Notes: generated from the sequence alone by a model not told the origin. A stretch of DNA of 64,000 nucleotides from Corallochytrium limacisporum Hawaii (GCA_002811645.1 PDIP01000019.1:314404-378403); one strand, 5' to 3'. Positions 1 to 11,411 are shown, counted from the first letter of the stretch. Made by a program: numbers and translations.

Positions 1-1363
1 TGACTGGTCGCAAATCATTGCTTTCTACTATGGCCAACTCAAGACCCAAGTGCCTGGCTTCATTCGTAGTAGTCCTGTAGGTCTCTGTCAGTTCCTGCAT
101 GACACTCAACAGGATGTACAACAATCGGCTCGCACAATTCTGCTGTCCAATTTGAAATCCTTTGATACCGAGAGGCGATTGAGAATTACAGATGGTCTGC
201 TGGCAGATCTGTCCATGAGCTCAGAGGATCCCACCCCTGTGCGCAATCTTGCGATTGTGCTACTGGGCATGATCCTCGCTCACTTTCCGGACGACATCGA
301 CAATGTGCGTGCACAGGCCATTGTGACCCATCTCATGCACATGATGAGTTCACGGGATATTTCGGGCAATGACAGTCATGCTCCGTCCACACCGATGATT
401 ACTTTGGGTGAGAACTCCGTTCCCGTACCCAGCCTTCAGATGCCACCAAGCAATCAACCCAATGTCGGTTCCGCAGTGACCGGCATGCTGCAGAACCAAC
501 AACCGGTGGCGGGTCTGATGGGTGGCCAGCTGACGGCCATGTTCAATCGTCTCGCAGCGGCAGAGCTGCTTGGGCTGAGTATCCGCAAGTTTGCCTCGTT
601 GATCAATGTCAACGTTGTGACTTCTACTCTGGTGGACTTGGCTGGTCAGGCGCGTAGTGATCCCAAAAATATTGCTAAGTTGATTATCGCGCGGTTGGCC
701 CGTCAGGCCATTGTCTACATTGCCGAGGCTCAACCACAGCTTCTGCTAAAAGTGCTTCAGTCCAATGTCGCAAAGCACGACTCTGGTAAGGCCACGACTG
801 CACTGAAGATCATAGCCACGGTCCTGAAACGCAATGCCTATCTGTTCGCTAATGACCTCGAGCTTGTGGTGGATCTGATCATGAAGACAATCGACCCGAA
901 CCTACCACGGCTTCGCGAGGCGTGTGTTCAGGATGCCACTGTCGTCTTGCATGAATGCATCAGGCATTACAATAACGTTTCCTTCCACTCGGCCACCCAG
1001 CGCTTTGCCGTGGCCAGCGGCCGGCAGGTCATTATCTATGATGTCCGCACAGCCAGCCGGTACCAGGTGGTGGAGAACCCGACTCCGTCACCGATCACGG
1101 CGGTAACATTGAGCATGGATGGTCAGTCGTTGGCGACCTACTCGCTGCAGGACTCACAAATGCGGTGCTGGTCCCTCGGACACACATTCTTCTCCATGTT
1201 CTCGAGTCCAAAGCCGACTAAGACGGTCAGGGTTCAGTCCTTGCGGACCAAGCTTACGGAAAAGCAAATCCGCGACAACATAAACATGGTCTGCGTCAGT
1301 GAGACTACGGTGGTGCTACTGCGCGGTGAGGGTGTGCCTCAGGTGACTTTCAACATTGCTTAA
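1..1363 (+). CDS. WDR7: WDR7 / Rabconnectin-3 beta-like protein, C-terminal part (5' end outside window)
   Basis: Frame is open from base 2. The C-terminus (NNVSFHSATQRFAVASGRQVIIYDVRT...PITAVTLSMDGQSLATYSLQDSQMRCW) matches the terminal WD40 repeats of WDR7, preceded by a helical region. Confidence 0.8.
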   Translation, partial: DWSQIIAFYYGQLKTQVPGFIRSSPVGLCQFLHDTQQDVQQSARTILLSNLKSFDTERRLRITDGLLADLSMSSEDPTPVRNLAIVLLGMILAHFPDDIDNVRAQAIVTHLMHMMSSRDISGNDSHAPSTPMITLGENSVPVPSLQMPPSNQPNVGSAVTGMLQNQQPVAGLMGGQLTAMFNRLAAAELLGLSIRKFASLINVNVVTSTLVDLAGQARSDPKNIAKLIIARLARQAIVYIAEAQPQLLLKVLQSNVAKHDSGKATTALKIIATVLKRNAYLFANDLELVVDLIMKTIDPNLPRLREACVQDATVVLHECIRHYNNVSFHSATQRFAVASGRQVIIYDVRTASRYQVVENPTPSPITAVTLSMDGQSLATYSLQDSQMRCWSLGHTFFSMFSSPKPTKTVRVQSLRTKLTEKQIRDNINMVCVSETTVVLLRGEGVPQVTFNIA

Positions 1364-1450
1364 CACATAGTCGTATCAAACACGCTTTGTTCTGCAGCCT
1401 ACGATACCTAGATCATAAAATTCTACAGCTAGACTTTAGGGGCATTGTCT

Positions 1451-3322
1451 TTAGTCAAATAGCTCACAAACCACAGGCCGCTCAGCCTTGACTTTCTCTC
1501 GGTGCAGGAGCGCTTCGCGCATGAGGCGTAAGGTCTTGGCGCTCGGTGGTCGGCCCACCTTACGACTGCGCAGCCTGCGCCTATACGCAGCCTCGAGCTG
1601 CCGATCCGCCGCGTTCATACGCGCTTCATATGCCTGGCGCGCCTGCTCGGCGCGTGCAAGCTTAACGAGGTGCCTACGTAGCTGGCGATTGTAGTCTTGC
1701 TGTGCACGCAGCCGCGCCTTGAGCTGGCGATAGCGCCGTCGGTCCGCGTCCAAGAGGTGCGCGGGCACATCGTCATCCTCATCATTGTCGTCCCCTTCCG
1801 TCTTCGTCTCAGATCGCCCCCAGGCAACACCTCGATTGCTGCTGCTGCCTGCTCCGCTCAGGCTACCAGCGTTGAGGATTCCGAGGCTAACCAGTTCCTT
1901 CCTAATCTTTTCCTCGAGGCGTAGAAGTAAAGATGGCTCTCCTGAAGCCTCACTGCCAATGGCTGTGGCTTGGTCTGCGTCATCATCGTCGTCATCATCT
2001 TCGTCAGCACGGTTGGACCAAGACTGTTTTCCTGCTGCCAGTCGTCGCTGCTTTCGACGGCGAAACTGTGGTTTCTTCCGCGATGCCATAGCATTCGTCA
2101 CAGAACTGAAGAAGCGCTGCACCACACCGGCATCCTCCTCTCCCCCTTCCTCATCACCTTCTCCAAGTTCTTTCTTAACTTTGGCCTTGCTCCTGTTGTC
2201 TTTTGCGACAGAGCTGTCCGACATGGAGGATGGCACCAGGGCAGCAATCAAACGATCACTGAAGTGCGTTGTCTCTGGAAGCCCTTCAGATTCCTTCTTG
2301 CTAAGCGGTAGGCCAACCTCCGACACAACCTCCACGTCGTCGTTCGCGGCCCGTTTGCGTTTGGCTGAACTCTTTTTTGATTTCGCAGCCGTCATGTTTC
2401 CTGCACCAATGTCTCCAAGAAGAGTTGTCAGCTCGTCGTCGCCATGGGCAATGCTGGCAATGTCTGCATCAGTGATAGGTGCAAAGAATTCCTCAACGTA
2501 GCGCCAGAATGGATGCTCTCCTTTTCCTACGTTGCTGCTGCCATCACTTCTGCCGATCCACAACCCTGAGGTTGTTGAATGCTTGTGTGCATGGGCATGG
2601 TGCCCTCCAGCACTGGCTGATGCCACTGAACTACGCATGGCGCCTGTAATACCTGGAAGTGCACCGTCAGCATCAGAGTTGTCGCCTTGCTCATCCTCTG
2701 ATGAACTAAAGTTGCGTTCCGTTCCAGATGCCCGAGATCCACGTCGCTGGGGCGTGGCTAGTTCTGTTGAGGCCTGCGAAAGGCTGCGCTGCCGCTTACC
2801 CAAACTCTTACCCTCGTCGGCACTGGCATTGAGTTCCAGACTCCGATAGCTCTGTAGCGGGGTCTTCCGTTCGTCAGCGACGCCGCCGAGAATCGTTTGC
2901 TCCTGTGCGGCCCTTTCTTCAGCCGTCATAAACGCCGCATCAGACTCTGCCGCAGATCGAAATGATGTCCCGTGCTCCGATAACCAGCGTTCGAGATTCA
3001 AAACCTGTCTGTACACAAAATAGCGGCGCAGCTGATTGTTCAAGAAATGATTCAGCGTTTCCTTCCGCAGATCCCTGAAAACGTTTGGGTCTGATAAGTC
3101 GGTCTCGTCTGGTTGGCGCATGAAGGACTGCAACTGCGGTAACGCAGACTCTGAAAGTTCCGAAGGCAGATCATCCATCAATACCATTGGGTAAGAATCG
3201 AGGCCGTGATCTTCGGCTCCTTGCGGGAAGCCAAAGGGTCCGGCCACTCCACTCTTGTCCCCGGTGCTCTTTCGATTCACCGAAAGTCGTAGTTTCGTGC
3301 TTCGAGGACCATCCTCCGTCAT
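1451..3322 (-). CDS. TADA3: Transcriptional adaptor Ada3/TADA3-like (SAGA/ATAC HAT module)
   Basis: 623-aa ORF. FWRYVEEFFAPITDADI, FSDRLIAAL and LEEKIRKELVSLGIL followed by a coiled coil match the Ada3 conserved blocks. Confidence 0.75.
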   Translation of the reverse strand: MTEDGPRSTKLRLSVNRKSTGDKSGVAGPFGFPQGAEDHGLDSYPMVLMDDLPSELSESALPQLQSFMRQPDETDLSDPNVFRDLRKETLNHFLNNQLRRYFVYRQVLNLERWLSEHGTSFRSAAESDAAFMTAEERAAQEQTILGGVADERKTPLQSYRSLELNASADEGKSLGKRQRSLSQASTELATPQRRGSRASGTERNFSSSEDEQGDNSDADGALPGITGAMRSSVASASAGGHHAHAHKHSTTSGLWIGRSDGSSNVGKGEHPFWRYVEEFFAPITDADIASIAHGDDELTTLLGDIGAGNMTAAKSKKSSAKRKRAANDDVEVVSEVGLPLSKKESEGLPETTHFSDRLIAALVPSSMSDSSVAKDNRSKAKVKKELGEGDEEGGEEDAGVVQRFFSSVTNAMASRKKPQFRRRKQRRLAAGKQSWSNRADEDDDDDDDADQATAIGSEASGEPSLLLRLEEKIRKELVSLGILNAGSLSGAGSSSNRGVAWGRSETKTEGDDNDEDDDVPAHLLDADRRRYRQLKARLRAQQDYNRQLRRHLVKLARAEQARQAYEARMNAADRQLEAAYRRRLRSRKVGRPPSAKTLRLMREALLHREKVKAERPVVCELFD

Positions 3323-3847
3323 TGTGACCTATGTGTACTTGTTGCACTTATGTAATTCTGTTTCTCCAATTCCGTACATATCTTCCAACTTAACTTGCCA
3401 ACGTCATTTCTTCAGTTATCGTTCACATGTTGCTCTGGATGGTTTCAATTAACGTATATTTTAAGATAAATACAGTATTCCACGACCTGTGGTCCAAAAT
3501 ACCAGATGTGTACTCAGTAAATGGCAATAATATTCTGACAACAGTGGCCTTCACAATTCCACACGGCCCGCTTCCTAAAGACGGAAGAGGAGTGGTGCTC
3601 TCTGCACCTACCACCAAATTCTGACCGCGGGGGAGGGAAGAAAGAAGGGGATTGCGGCCCTATGGGGGGGGCCTAATTTCAGACCCTCGTCAGTTGGCTT
3701 CCCTGAGGCCATAGTGAACTCTCGCTACCCTTCCGGATTTCCGAACGCATCTAGATGGAGGCTCATGTTACTGCGAAACGATCTTGTAATCAAACATCCA
3801 CAGGAAAAGCATTGTTCTCTGCATACTGAGCAGCACTCCGCTGGATC

Positions 3848-5179
3848 CTAGTTGCTGGCACCGATGATGTCCTCCAGCATCAGCAACGCGGCCTCCGGCT
3901 GGTCGGAGGGAATCATATGACCGGCGTTGTTGATCTGCCAAAGCTTAAGGTTCTTGTGTTCTCGCCTGAAGCCAATTGTCAGCCCGGTGTCATCCGTGAC
4001 AATATCGCGCTGGCTTGAGTAAAATCCGTCCATGCCTTCCCACTTCAGCTTCCTCATCCACGCCAAGGTCCCAACGGTGTTGCAGATGATGTCGAAGTTG
4101 CCATTGTACACAGTGACGAGATAGCCCTTTTTCAGCAAGCGGTCTACACCGCCAATGACATCATGCATGAAGTCACCAGAAAGGGCTGTGAATACCTTGG
4201 CTTGGCCTTGATCCCACTGAACATTCTTCGGAATAATGCCAAGATGCTCACGCACAACAGTGTTCATGAATTGCGGAAGATTGTCGCGTTCACTAATGTC
4301 GTGCTTGGAGACGTCATAAATATCGACATCGCCAGTCAGCTCCAGGATCACACTTTGCTGCTGGCCCCACAGATCTGTGGCTTCTTCATACATGCCGTCG
4401 TCCATGGCGGAGCCCATGAGCCTGGCATAGTCCTCGATGTAGTGCCGAGCCTTGGCGTCGATCTGTCCATTGACGTAGAGGTAAGATCCGTAGCTCTCAA
4501 CGTAGTCTAAAGGAGATATCCACGAGTCGCCAAGAGCAATGCCTTTGAAGTTCACGGCAATGTCGCCGGCATCAAACGAGTCGCTTAGAGCGTTGGCAAA
4601 AGACGTGCCCATCTTTCCACCGTAACTCTCGCAAAAGACCCACATCGGAGTTGCCTGTAGATCAGGGTAAGCTTGGAGGAGATCCTTAAAGAACACCATC
4701 AAATCATCCGCAATTTCCTGCTCTGTCTTCACTAAAGCATCCTCAGAGTTCACGTAGGACCATCCAGCACCCACAGGCTGGTCGACAAACAGGAGATTTG
4801 TCTTGGAAGCCCAGGTGCTCTTGCGCGCTTGCATCTTGGGATCATAAGGACCTACCTCTAAAAAATTGCCGTAGCCGGTACCAGACGCGCCCGGACCACC
4901 CTGGAGCCAGAGCACCAGCGGTGCCTCGGCACGGGCCTCCTTGTCACCTTGCATGCCGTACATCCACCAGAACATATGTGCATCTTTACGAACCTCATAA
5001 TAGCCAAAAGCCTCGTCGGGGATGTCTTTGGTCAGCCCTGACTGTGCGAGAGTCAGCAAATCCTGCGCTCGATTGATATGGAAGGCATCATCCTCTTTAT
5101 TGAGAACCCATGCTCCCTGGACGGATATGGCAGCAGCCATCAAAGCCGTACACTGAACGAAACCCCTGACACCGAACAT
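3848..5179 (-). CDS. SCPEP1: Secreted serine carboxypeptidase, family S10 (SCPEP1/RISC-like)
   Basis: Motifs LWLQGGPGAS, LLFVDQPVGAGWSY, CESYGGK (catalytic Ser), GNFDIIC and AGHMIPSDQP. The ATG at 5179 (MFGVRGFVQCTALMAAAISVQGA) gives a signal peptide; the longer track ORF starts at a non-ATG codon. Confidence 0.9.
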   Translation of the reverse strand: MFGVRGFVQCTALMAAAISVQGAWVLNKEDDAFHINRAQDLLTLAQSGLTKDIPDEAFGYYEVRKDAHMFWWMYGMQGDKEARAEAPLVLWLQGGPGASGTGYGNFLEVGPYDPKMQARKSTWASKTNLLFVDQPVGAGWSYVNSEDALVKTEQEIADDLMVFFKDLLQAYPDLQATPMWVFCESYGGKMGTSFANALSDSFDAGDIAVNFKGIALGDSWISPLDYVESYGSYLYVNGQIDAKARHYIEDYARLMGSAMDDGMYEEATDLWGQQQSVILELTGDVDIYDVSKHDISERDNLPQFMNTVVREHLGIIPKNVQWDQGQAKVFTALSGDFMHDVIGGVDRLLKKGYLVTVYNGNFDIICNTVGTLAWMRKLKWEGMDGFYSSQRDIVTDDTGLTIGFRREHKNLKLWQINNAGHMIPSDQPEAALLMLEDIIGASN

Positions 5180-5728
5180 GATTTGGAATTTTGCGACAGT
5201 TGTTTCCCGGTGCTTTCGATGACATAAAAGGAATGAATCTTGCCCCAGTGACGTCAAATTAGTAGACCAACAAATCTTCTCTGCCTTGAGTACGTTTCTG
5301 CAGTGAGTATGATGGTCTGAGCAGCTCAGCACTCGTGCCCAAAGATGCGATAGAAACGTAGCGTGACAGACACAAATGTGTGCGTACCTCCCGAGTTGCC
5401 ACCACCACCACGGCCATCGATCGAGGGGGCAAGTCCGGACTAGCCGGCTGGCTGCGCAGTCAAGAGGAGCGCCAGAGGGGAGAAGAAACGGTTCAGATCC
5501 TCCTGTCCCCTGGGCTGTTGGACCTTCACCCGATCCTTCCCGGGAGGGATAGCCATACAAAAGCTACTGCGAAAGGGTAGCACTCACTCTTGTCCGTGCG
5601 TTCATTTGTTACAATTGATAGTTACTCAACAAACCTTTCTTTCCACCGGAGGTGTGATTTTTTGCAAACCAGTGTACGTGCCATACACTGGCTACGGAGA
5701 GTCGTTATAGATCAGCTGATGATGATGC

Positions 5729-7294
5729 TCACTCGTCGGAGGGTACCAAGGTCCGAACCAGATATTCGCATTCTGTCGCTACATTGATGGCCCAACGAGT
5801 TGTGTAGCCCTCGACACGCTCGATTGTGTAGCATTCCTTGGGCACATCCTCCAACTGTGGTGGCAGGACAAAATTGCTATCACCGGTCTCCTCCCCCTGG
5901 ACACGGCTCCTGCTCGGGCACAGGTCGCTGGTTGGCGGATGGTGCTCAGCCAGATACGGAGTGCAAGTGCGAACAGGCACGCTGTTGATGTCGCACTCAT
6001 GGATTTCCATGATGACCATTTTACCGGCGATAGAGTTGGAGATACCTGAGGAACTGGTAGTCACCAAGGAATTGAAGAAGGCATCAGACCAGTCGGCCTT
6101 CAGGACGTCGGCGGCGAGACGGGCAACGTTGCGGATTTTGGCAGGGGTCATGAGCCTGTTGCGGTTGATCATGTTCAAAATCTGGTTGGCACCACCCACA
6201 CCCTGCTTGCCGTGGCCTTCAATGAAGACCAGGATGCCCGTGGTATTATCATAGTACTCGCCATCACCGGTGAAGTGTACATCAGCTTCGTACTGGTCGG
6301 TCCACATAGTAATGTTGAGAATGGAATTAGGCCGGATCTGGGGTTGAACGCCATAGTCGTGCTTGATAGTGGTAGACGTGGTGACGGCTTCCGAGGTGGT
6401 CATAGAGCGCCCAGTGGTCTTCTCGAGTCCCTCTTGGATAGTGGTAGATGCACTGATATCGATCGAGAACAAACTGAACCCAGCGGAGGCGCTCAACTCG
6501 ATGCTGTTGGACACAGTGGTACTCTCAGTATACTGGGTCTCAGACATAGAAGTGGTAGATTCAGTGACTTCCTTGGTGTATGCGAAGGAAGATGGCACAC
6601 ATTGCTGTTGGTTGTTGGGGACAACAAGGCTATGGGGGGCCGTGATCTTGTTGTCGGTGAAGACTTCCCAGATGCGGGAGTTCACAAGCTTCATTGGCTG
6701 TGATGCGTAAATCTCGTTCTGGGGATTGGTACTGGTTAAATTTCTGGGGAAGGCCACGTTCCAAGGGCGGTAGTCAGGGCTGGTGGCGTTGGGATGGCAG
6801 TGATTACGCAGGCTACCTGCCGGGTATAGATCCTGCAGGGCGTTGAACCAGGCATCCCACTGCGCGGCATTGCCACTGGTGCGCGGGACATTGTAGGGAG
6901 CCATCAGAATTGGCGCAGTCAGTGCATTTAACTTGTACAGCAAACTGTTCCAAGGATCAACAAATCCATTGGCCAAGGTGCGGACAAAGTTACCCATTCG
7001 GTCTTGGATATACTCTTCGAACTCGGTGCCCTTGTCGGAGACAATCTTAGCAAGAGGCCGGAGATCAAGGTAGCCTTGTTCGAGTATATTGCGGTCTCGA
7101 TCAGGCAAGATGCCCTGCCAGAAAGTTTCATTGGCTTTCCATTGAAATCTAGGGCATAGATCCAAGTTCATGGATGACTGTGCCCCTGCCAAATCAACGT
7201 TTCGGGCATCATTGGGGCCCTCCTGAGCAGGTGCAGCCATTACAAGTGCTATCACCAATAGATAGGCGAAGATATACTCAAAGAGGAGCTTCAT
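5729..7294 (-). CDS. Secreted aerolysin/ETX-MTX2-like beta-pore-forming protein, paralogue 1
   Basis: Signal peptide. Ser/Thr-rich beta core (FAYTKEVTESTTS...) flanks an alternating hydrophobic hairpin SIELSASAGFSLFSIDISASTT, followed by PQIRPNSILNITM...VHFTG, the layout typical of ETX/MTX2-type cores. Confidence 0.75.
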   Translation of the reverse strand: MKLLFEYIFAYLLVIALVMAAPAQEGPNDARNVDLAGAQSSMNLDLCPRFQWKANETFWQGILPDRDRNILEQGYLDLRPLAKIVSDKGTEFEEYIQDRMGNFVRTLANGFVDPWNSLLYKLNALTAPILMAPYNVPRTSGNAAQWDAWFNALQDLYPAGSLRNHCHPNATSPDYRPWNVAFPRNLTSTNPQNEIYASQPMKLVNSRIWEVFTDNKITAPHSLVVPNNQQQCVPSSFAYTKEVTESTTSMSETQYTESTTVSNSIELSASAGFSLFSIDISASTTIQEGLEKTTGRSMTTSEAVTTSTTIKHDYGVQPQIRPNSILNITMWTDQYEADVHFTGDGEYYDNTTGILVFIEGHGKQGVGGANQILNMINRNRLMTPAKIRNVARLAADVLKADWSDAFFNSLVTTSSSGISNSIAGKMVIMEIHECDINSVPVRTCTPYLAEHHPPTSDLCPSRSRVQGEETGDSNFVLPPQLEDVPKECYTIERVEGYTTRWAINVATECEYLVRTLVPSDE

Positions 7295-7411
7295 GGTGGA
7301 CAGCTGTTTTGTGGTTGATGTTGCTTTAAAGTTAAGACAATTTTAGGTTGAGCTTTCGTTTTGTCTGACATCACTTAATATTCTCGATGTTACTCCTGTC
7401 GCTTCTAACCC

Positions 7412-7446
7412 TGATCGGCTGGTGATCCCAAGATCCTTAAATACCA
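7412..7446 (-). promoter_or_regulatory. Putative core promoter of paralogue 1 (TGGTATTTAAG followed by three GATC)
   Basis: The same 11-mer and a GATC triplet lie at an equivalent distance upstream of paralogue 2. Confidence 0.45.
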
Positions 7447-9789
7447 TTTCGTGCATCCATCTCTGTAATCCATCACTATATCCATCAAGCTGTATAGTAC
7501 TATACACCCTGATTTATTCTGTTTTAATCTTTACAGGATACTGTGACTATGGATGCTGAAGGCAGGGCCGCCATCGAGGATACATTGACCATACGCCAGT
7601 GGCCCTGTGCCTTCCCCCCCTTTTCTCTTCTCGTCCCCCATCCTCAAAGAGTGTTAGCGCCTTTGTTGGCAAGTGGTGTGCGCCGGTTGTGCAGAGAGAC
7701 CGACGTCAACCGGATAACAATTTGAACTTCCTTTGGTCTTTTACCAAACGTCTCAAGCCTGCCAACCCAACCAATACGCCAGAGACCAGATCCTTGTACT
7801 ACACAATTATTTTCCACTTGACTGGTAAGAATCTATGACGTTCGTGGGTCACTTGCCCTTGGCAGACCATACTTTGCGAAGCCAGCTCAGATCAGGGAGC
7901 TATAATGCTGGGTAAGTGATTTAACTCCATTAATACTTGGAGATGCCTGCACCGAAATAACCGGCGAATATTGAGCAGTGTGCACGCATTGCGTAATGCA
8001 ATAGATTGCAGATTAGATGAGTCCTTGTCACGAAAAGGCCATGAAGAAATCTTCTTTTATGCCTCCATGTTGTGTCCACCATGCTGAAATGCAATATCCA
8101 CGGAGACTCCGAAAATCTGTTGCATATGCTGTGTATCGGCAAGCCGCAACTGGCATCTGATATACCGCCTGTCCACAAAACAAAACGTTTTGTAATATAT
8201 CTGCGAAATTTGCCATGACCCAAAGTTGCCCTCAAAAGTTTTCTTCAGAGTTTGCCGGGTTAGCTGATGATAGTGGTCACCCATCAGAAGCGAATCATAG
8301 ATGGCGCTGTGATTGTCCTGTTTGTTTGGTCAGGACAGGGTGACTTTAGAGGATGTACGACGGCATTCGGTTTTGTTTCCTAGGGTATAGAGGACCAGAA
8401 CTACACAGCAGTGTACACGACTCAATGGACATGGACAGAAGTAGACCAGAACACTGTTGGCATGGAAGATTAATGAGATTGTCGTCCCAGTCGACGGCAC
8501 TGGTTAAATCAGAATTGGTCCTTTACCAGTTCTCAGACTAATATACACCAATGGAAAGTACTTATGAGCATGCAATCTTGATATGAAGGCATTGAGTACG
8601 TTTTCTAGCGGGTTGGTTTGGAATCTAAACATCGATATCTAACATCAGCTTGTGGTCTGCCAGCTTGAACATTACATGACCATTGCTTGCAGACTTTGGT
8701 AGCCGACTTTATCTTTGGAGCAATCATGTTCATCAGTGACTACCACAAACCTGTTGGATACTGCAACATTCTTCAAGGTCCTCTGTAAGCGAATTATGAC
8801 AGAGAGCTTCGTATGAAAACAGATAAGTTCAGGGTCGTGTTGTTGTTGGCCGGCTCCTTGCAGAAATCCTCTTCTCCTCCGACATGTGATGTGCGCACGG
8901 ACTGACGCCCTTAGAGGATCCAATTGTTGGTGAGTGTGGGCTAGAACAGTGAGAGACAGGGAGCAAAACAAGTCAGGCACCCCCATTACCCCCTGGGGGG
9001 AGGAGGGCCTTGGGATTTCAGCCTATGCATTTCCCACATAGTTATTGTACCATAGCTTTTTTTTTTCCTTTCTCTTTCTCTCTACCCCAAGCGAGGGACG
9101 TCGCGAGGTTGTTTGAGATTGATAAGCTGATTCTTCCCATTTTTGGTAATTCTTAGGTACCAGTCTGATGTGAACAGAAAATTTGAATCCATGGGAAGAA
9201 GTGCATGACTTGGCGACTTACGCAGTCACCCGCTATTCGAGGCATAAGTGCCACTTTGCGCCATGACGCCCATGAACTGGATATGCTGCTTTTTAGAAGC
9301 GAACAGGAAAGGACAAATCGGTGGAAGAGATGTCAGCAATAGTAAATGACTCCAGCACTGATCGAGAGTATAGAATCAGCCCGACAAGGAATCTAGGACT
9401 TCAGTGAGAGACAGCTGTCATGTGACCGGAACTACAATTAGGTCGGTACCCGTAAATGTAAGCGTACGCAAAATGTTCTCACTTTTGAGGTCAAGTTCGC
9501 TTTGGTTTGCACCTTGAACAGATAAAGCGTAATAGATAGGGGTTTCTGGTGGGGTTCTTTAACGGCACAGTGTATTAAGTATGCATAGAAATGCAAACGA
9601 ACGTGTTTGTCGAACAGGGCAAGAGAAGTTTTTGTTATGTTTTGGTGTTTTTTTTTGTATAGAAGAAAGGAAGAAAGAAAGGAAAGAGAGAGAGAAAAAA
9701 GAGATCCGCCAGGGGAATGAAGCCATTATTGGCCCTGGATGTCATGGTGAGCACAGCTCTGTGGTTTGAGAGTCTTCTATAATCTAGCG

Positions 9790-11307
9790 CTAGTGCAATA
9801 GGTCCAAGATGTCAGACGCACTGCGAGCTGAGCGACAGGAGTCATTTGAGCTAATGACCCAGCGATTCTTGTGGCCGTCAACGGGTTCCATTGTATAGCA
9901 CTCAGAGTCAAGGTGGTCCAGAATAGCTTCGGGTGCGGTACGGGAGTCCTGGCTGTCATCACAGGCTAGAGCGGGTGGAAACTGTTGAGCCAGAGCCTCG
10001 TTGCAGGTTCGGTTAGGAACTTGAGTGCGGTCGCATTCCCACATTTCCATGAAGACATTATTACCAGCAACGGACTTCGCTAATCCCGCCACACTGGGGG
10101 AGACCAGGCTGTTCAAGAACGACTCAGACCACTCAGCGCCAATGACATTCATGGCTAATTCGGCCACGTGTCTGATCTGACCAGGAGTAGCGAGCTTGTT
10201 GCGATACAGAAGGTCAGGAACCTGGGAAGCCGGCCCTAATTTAACTCGGCCGTTGCCCTGAATCCATGCCTGGATGCCAGTGTGGTCTGGGTCGTAAACG
10301 ATGTCGCCAGTGAACCAGATGTCAGCCTCAGTCTGATCAGTCCAAACGGTCACGTTCAAGATAGCATTGCGACGAAGCAGCGGGGAGGCCTCAAACTCAA
10401 CCTGCCGCTCAAAGGTTACAGTCTCAGTGGTACCCTGAGTTGTGGATTGGGCGGCAGTGCGTTCGACACCGGCCGAAATGGTTGTGGATATTTCCGCTCC
10501 CATTCCCATGAAGCCAGCACTTGCCGAGGCACCGATTTCAATGCCACGGGTGTTAGTGGTAGAATCGGAGTATTGGTGATCAGCAGAGGCTCCGGTTTCT
10601 TCAGTGATGGTCTCAGAGTAGCTGTAGGAAGTAGTTACGCACTGATTCAGAGTGTTTACGTAAATTCCCGTATCGGGTCGGCTGATATCACTGTGGGTCT
10701 GTACCTCCCAAACGCGAGACATGGCGTAATCTGCAGTCTGGTTGCGGTACTGATCATTGATAGGATGTGAGTTGTCCATAAAGCTGGGGAACGTGACTGC
10801 CCAGGGTTTGAACCTCTTGTCCTGGGCATCTCTGGAACATAGAGCTTCCATACCCTCGTCAGCGGGAGTCAGGTCCTGAAGAGCATCCCACCACTCATCC
10901 CAGGCACCAGAATTCGCATTCGTACGCTCAATCTGATAGGGTGCCATGAGAATAGGAGCAGTAAGAGCATTTAGCTTCCAAATCATGGAATAAAAAGGAT
11001 CAACCATACCATTGTTGTCGAGAACGACAAAATTTCCGATCTTATCCTCTATGTACTCTTCAAAATGAGTGCCTTCGTCGACAACAATCTGAGCCAGGGG
11101 CTGCATGTCGGCGTGGCCTCTCATGATGTACTCGTAGTCCAAGGTTCGTGCCATACGACCATTCCAAGCGGAAGTGTTTGCTGTGTAGAGCAATGTAGGG
11201 CATTCTCGGCGAAGATCAGTCTGCCTCCGGGACATTTCCACCGGGGCGCCTTGGGCGACATTGAAGCTGGCCACCAGGGCACAGACGGATTGAATGTTCA
11301 GCTTCAT
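9790..11307 (-). CDS. Secreted aerolysin/ETX-MTX2-like beta-pore-forming protein, paralogue 2
   Basis: Colinear with 5729-7294 (shared FEEYI.D..GNFV, KLNALTAPILMAPY, WTDQ.EAD..FTGD, WS..F.NSLV). Signal peptide; hairpin GIEIGASASAGFMGMGAEISTT. Confidence 0.75.
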   Translation of the reverse strand: MKLNIQSVCALVASFNVAQGAPVEMSRRQTDLRRECPTLLYTANTSAWNGRMARTLDYEYIMRGHADMQPLAQIVVDEGTHFEEYIEDKIGNFVVLDNNGMVDPFYSMIWKLNALTAPILMAPYQIERTNANSGAWDEWWDALQDLTPADEGMEALCSRDAQDKRFKPWAVTFPSFMDNSHPINDQYRNQTADYAMSRVWEVQTHSDISRPDTGIYVNTLNQCVTTSYSYSETITEETGASADHQYSDSTTNTRGIEIGASASAGFMGMGAEISTTISAGVERTAAQSTTQGTTETVTFERQVEFEASPLLRRNAILNVTVWTDQTEADIWFTGDIVYDPDHTGIQAWIQGNGRVKLGPASQVPDLLYRNKLATPGQIRHVAELAMNVIGAEWSESFLNSLVSPSVAGLAKSVAGNNVFMEMWECDRTQVPNRTCNEALAQQFPPALACDDSQDSRTAPEAILDHLDSECYTMEPVDGHKNRWVISSNDSCRSARSASDILDLLH

Positions 11308-11411
11308 CTTGTATTGTACAGTTACAGAGCTCTTCCAGCTATTTTAGAGATATAGATGTCTCTTCAAGTATCTGATATAAGAGCCAGATGGGTGATGTTT
11401 GCCTGGCCATG

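Noticed and set aside
5180-5560. 127-codon N-terminal extension of the carboxypeptidase ORF
   Set aside because: Starts at a non-ATG codon, is not protein-like, and would bury the signal peptide that begins at ATG 5179.
5400-5585. Cluster of small hairpins with GGCAAGTCCGGAC, faintly RNase P-like
   Set aside because: No complementary conserved 3' region to close P4 and no Pol III terminator.
8742-8850. Minus-strand peptides EDLEECCSIQQVCG and NNTTLNLSVF resembling parts of the toxin paralogues (possible fourth remnant)
   Set aside because: Too short and stop-ridden to distinguish from chance; a tBLASTn with both paralogues would decide.
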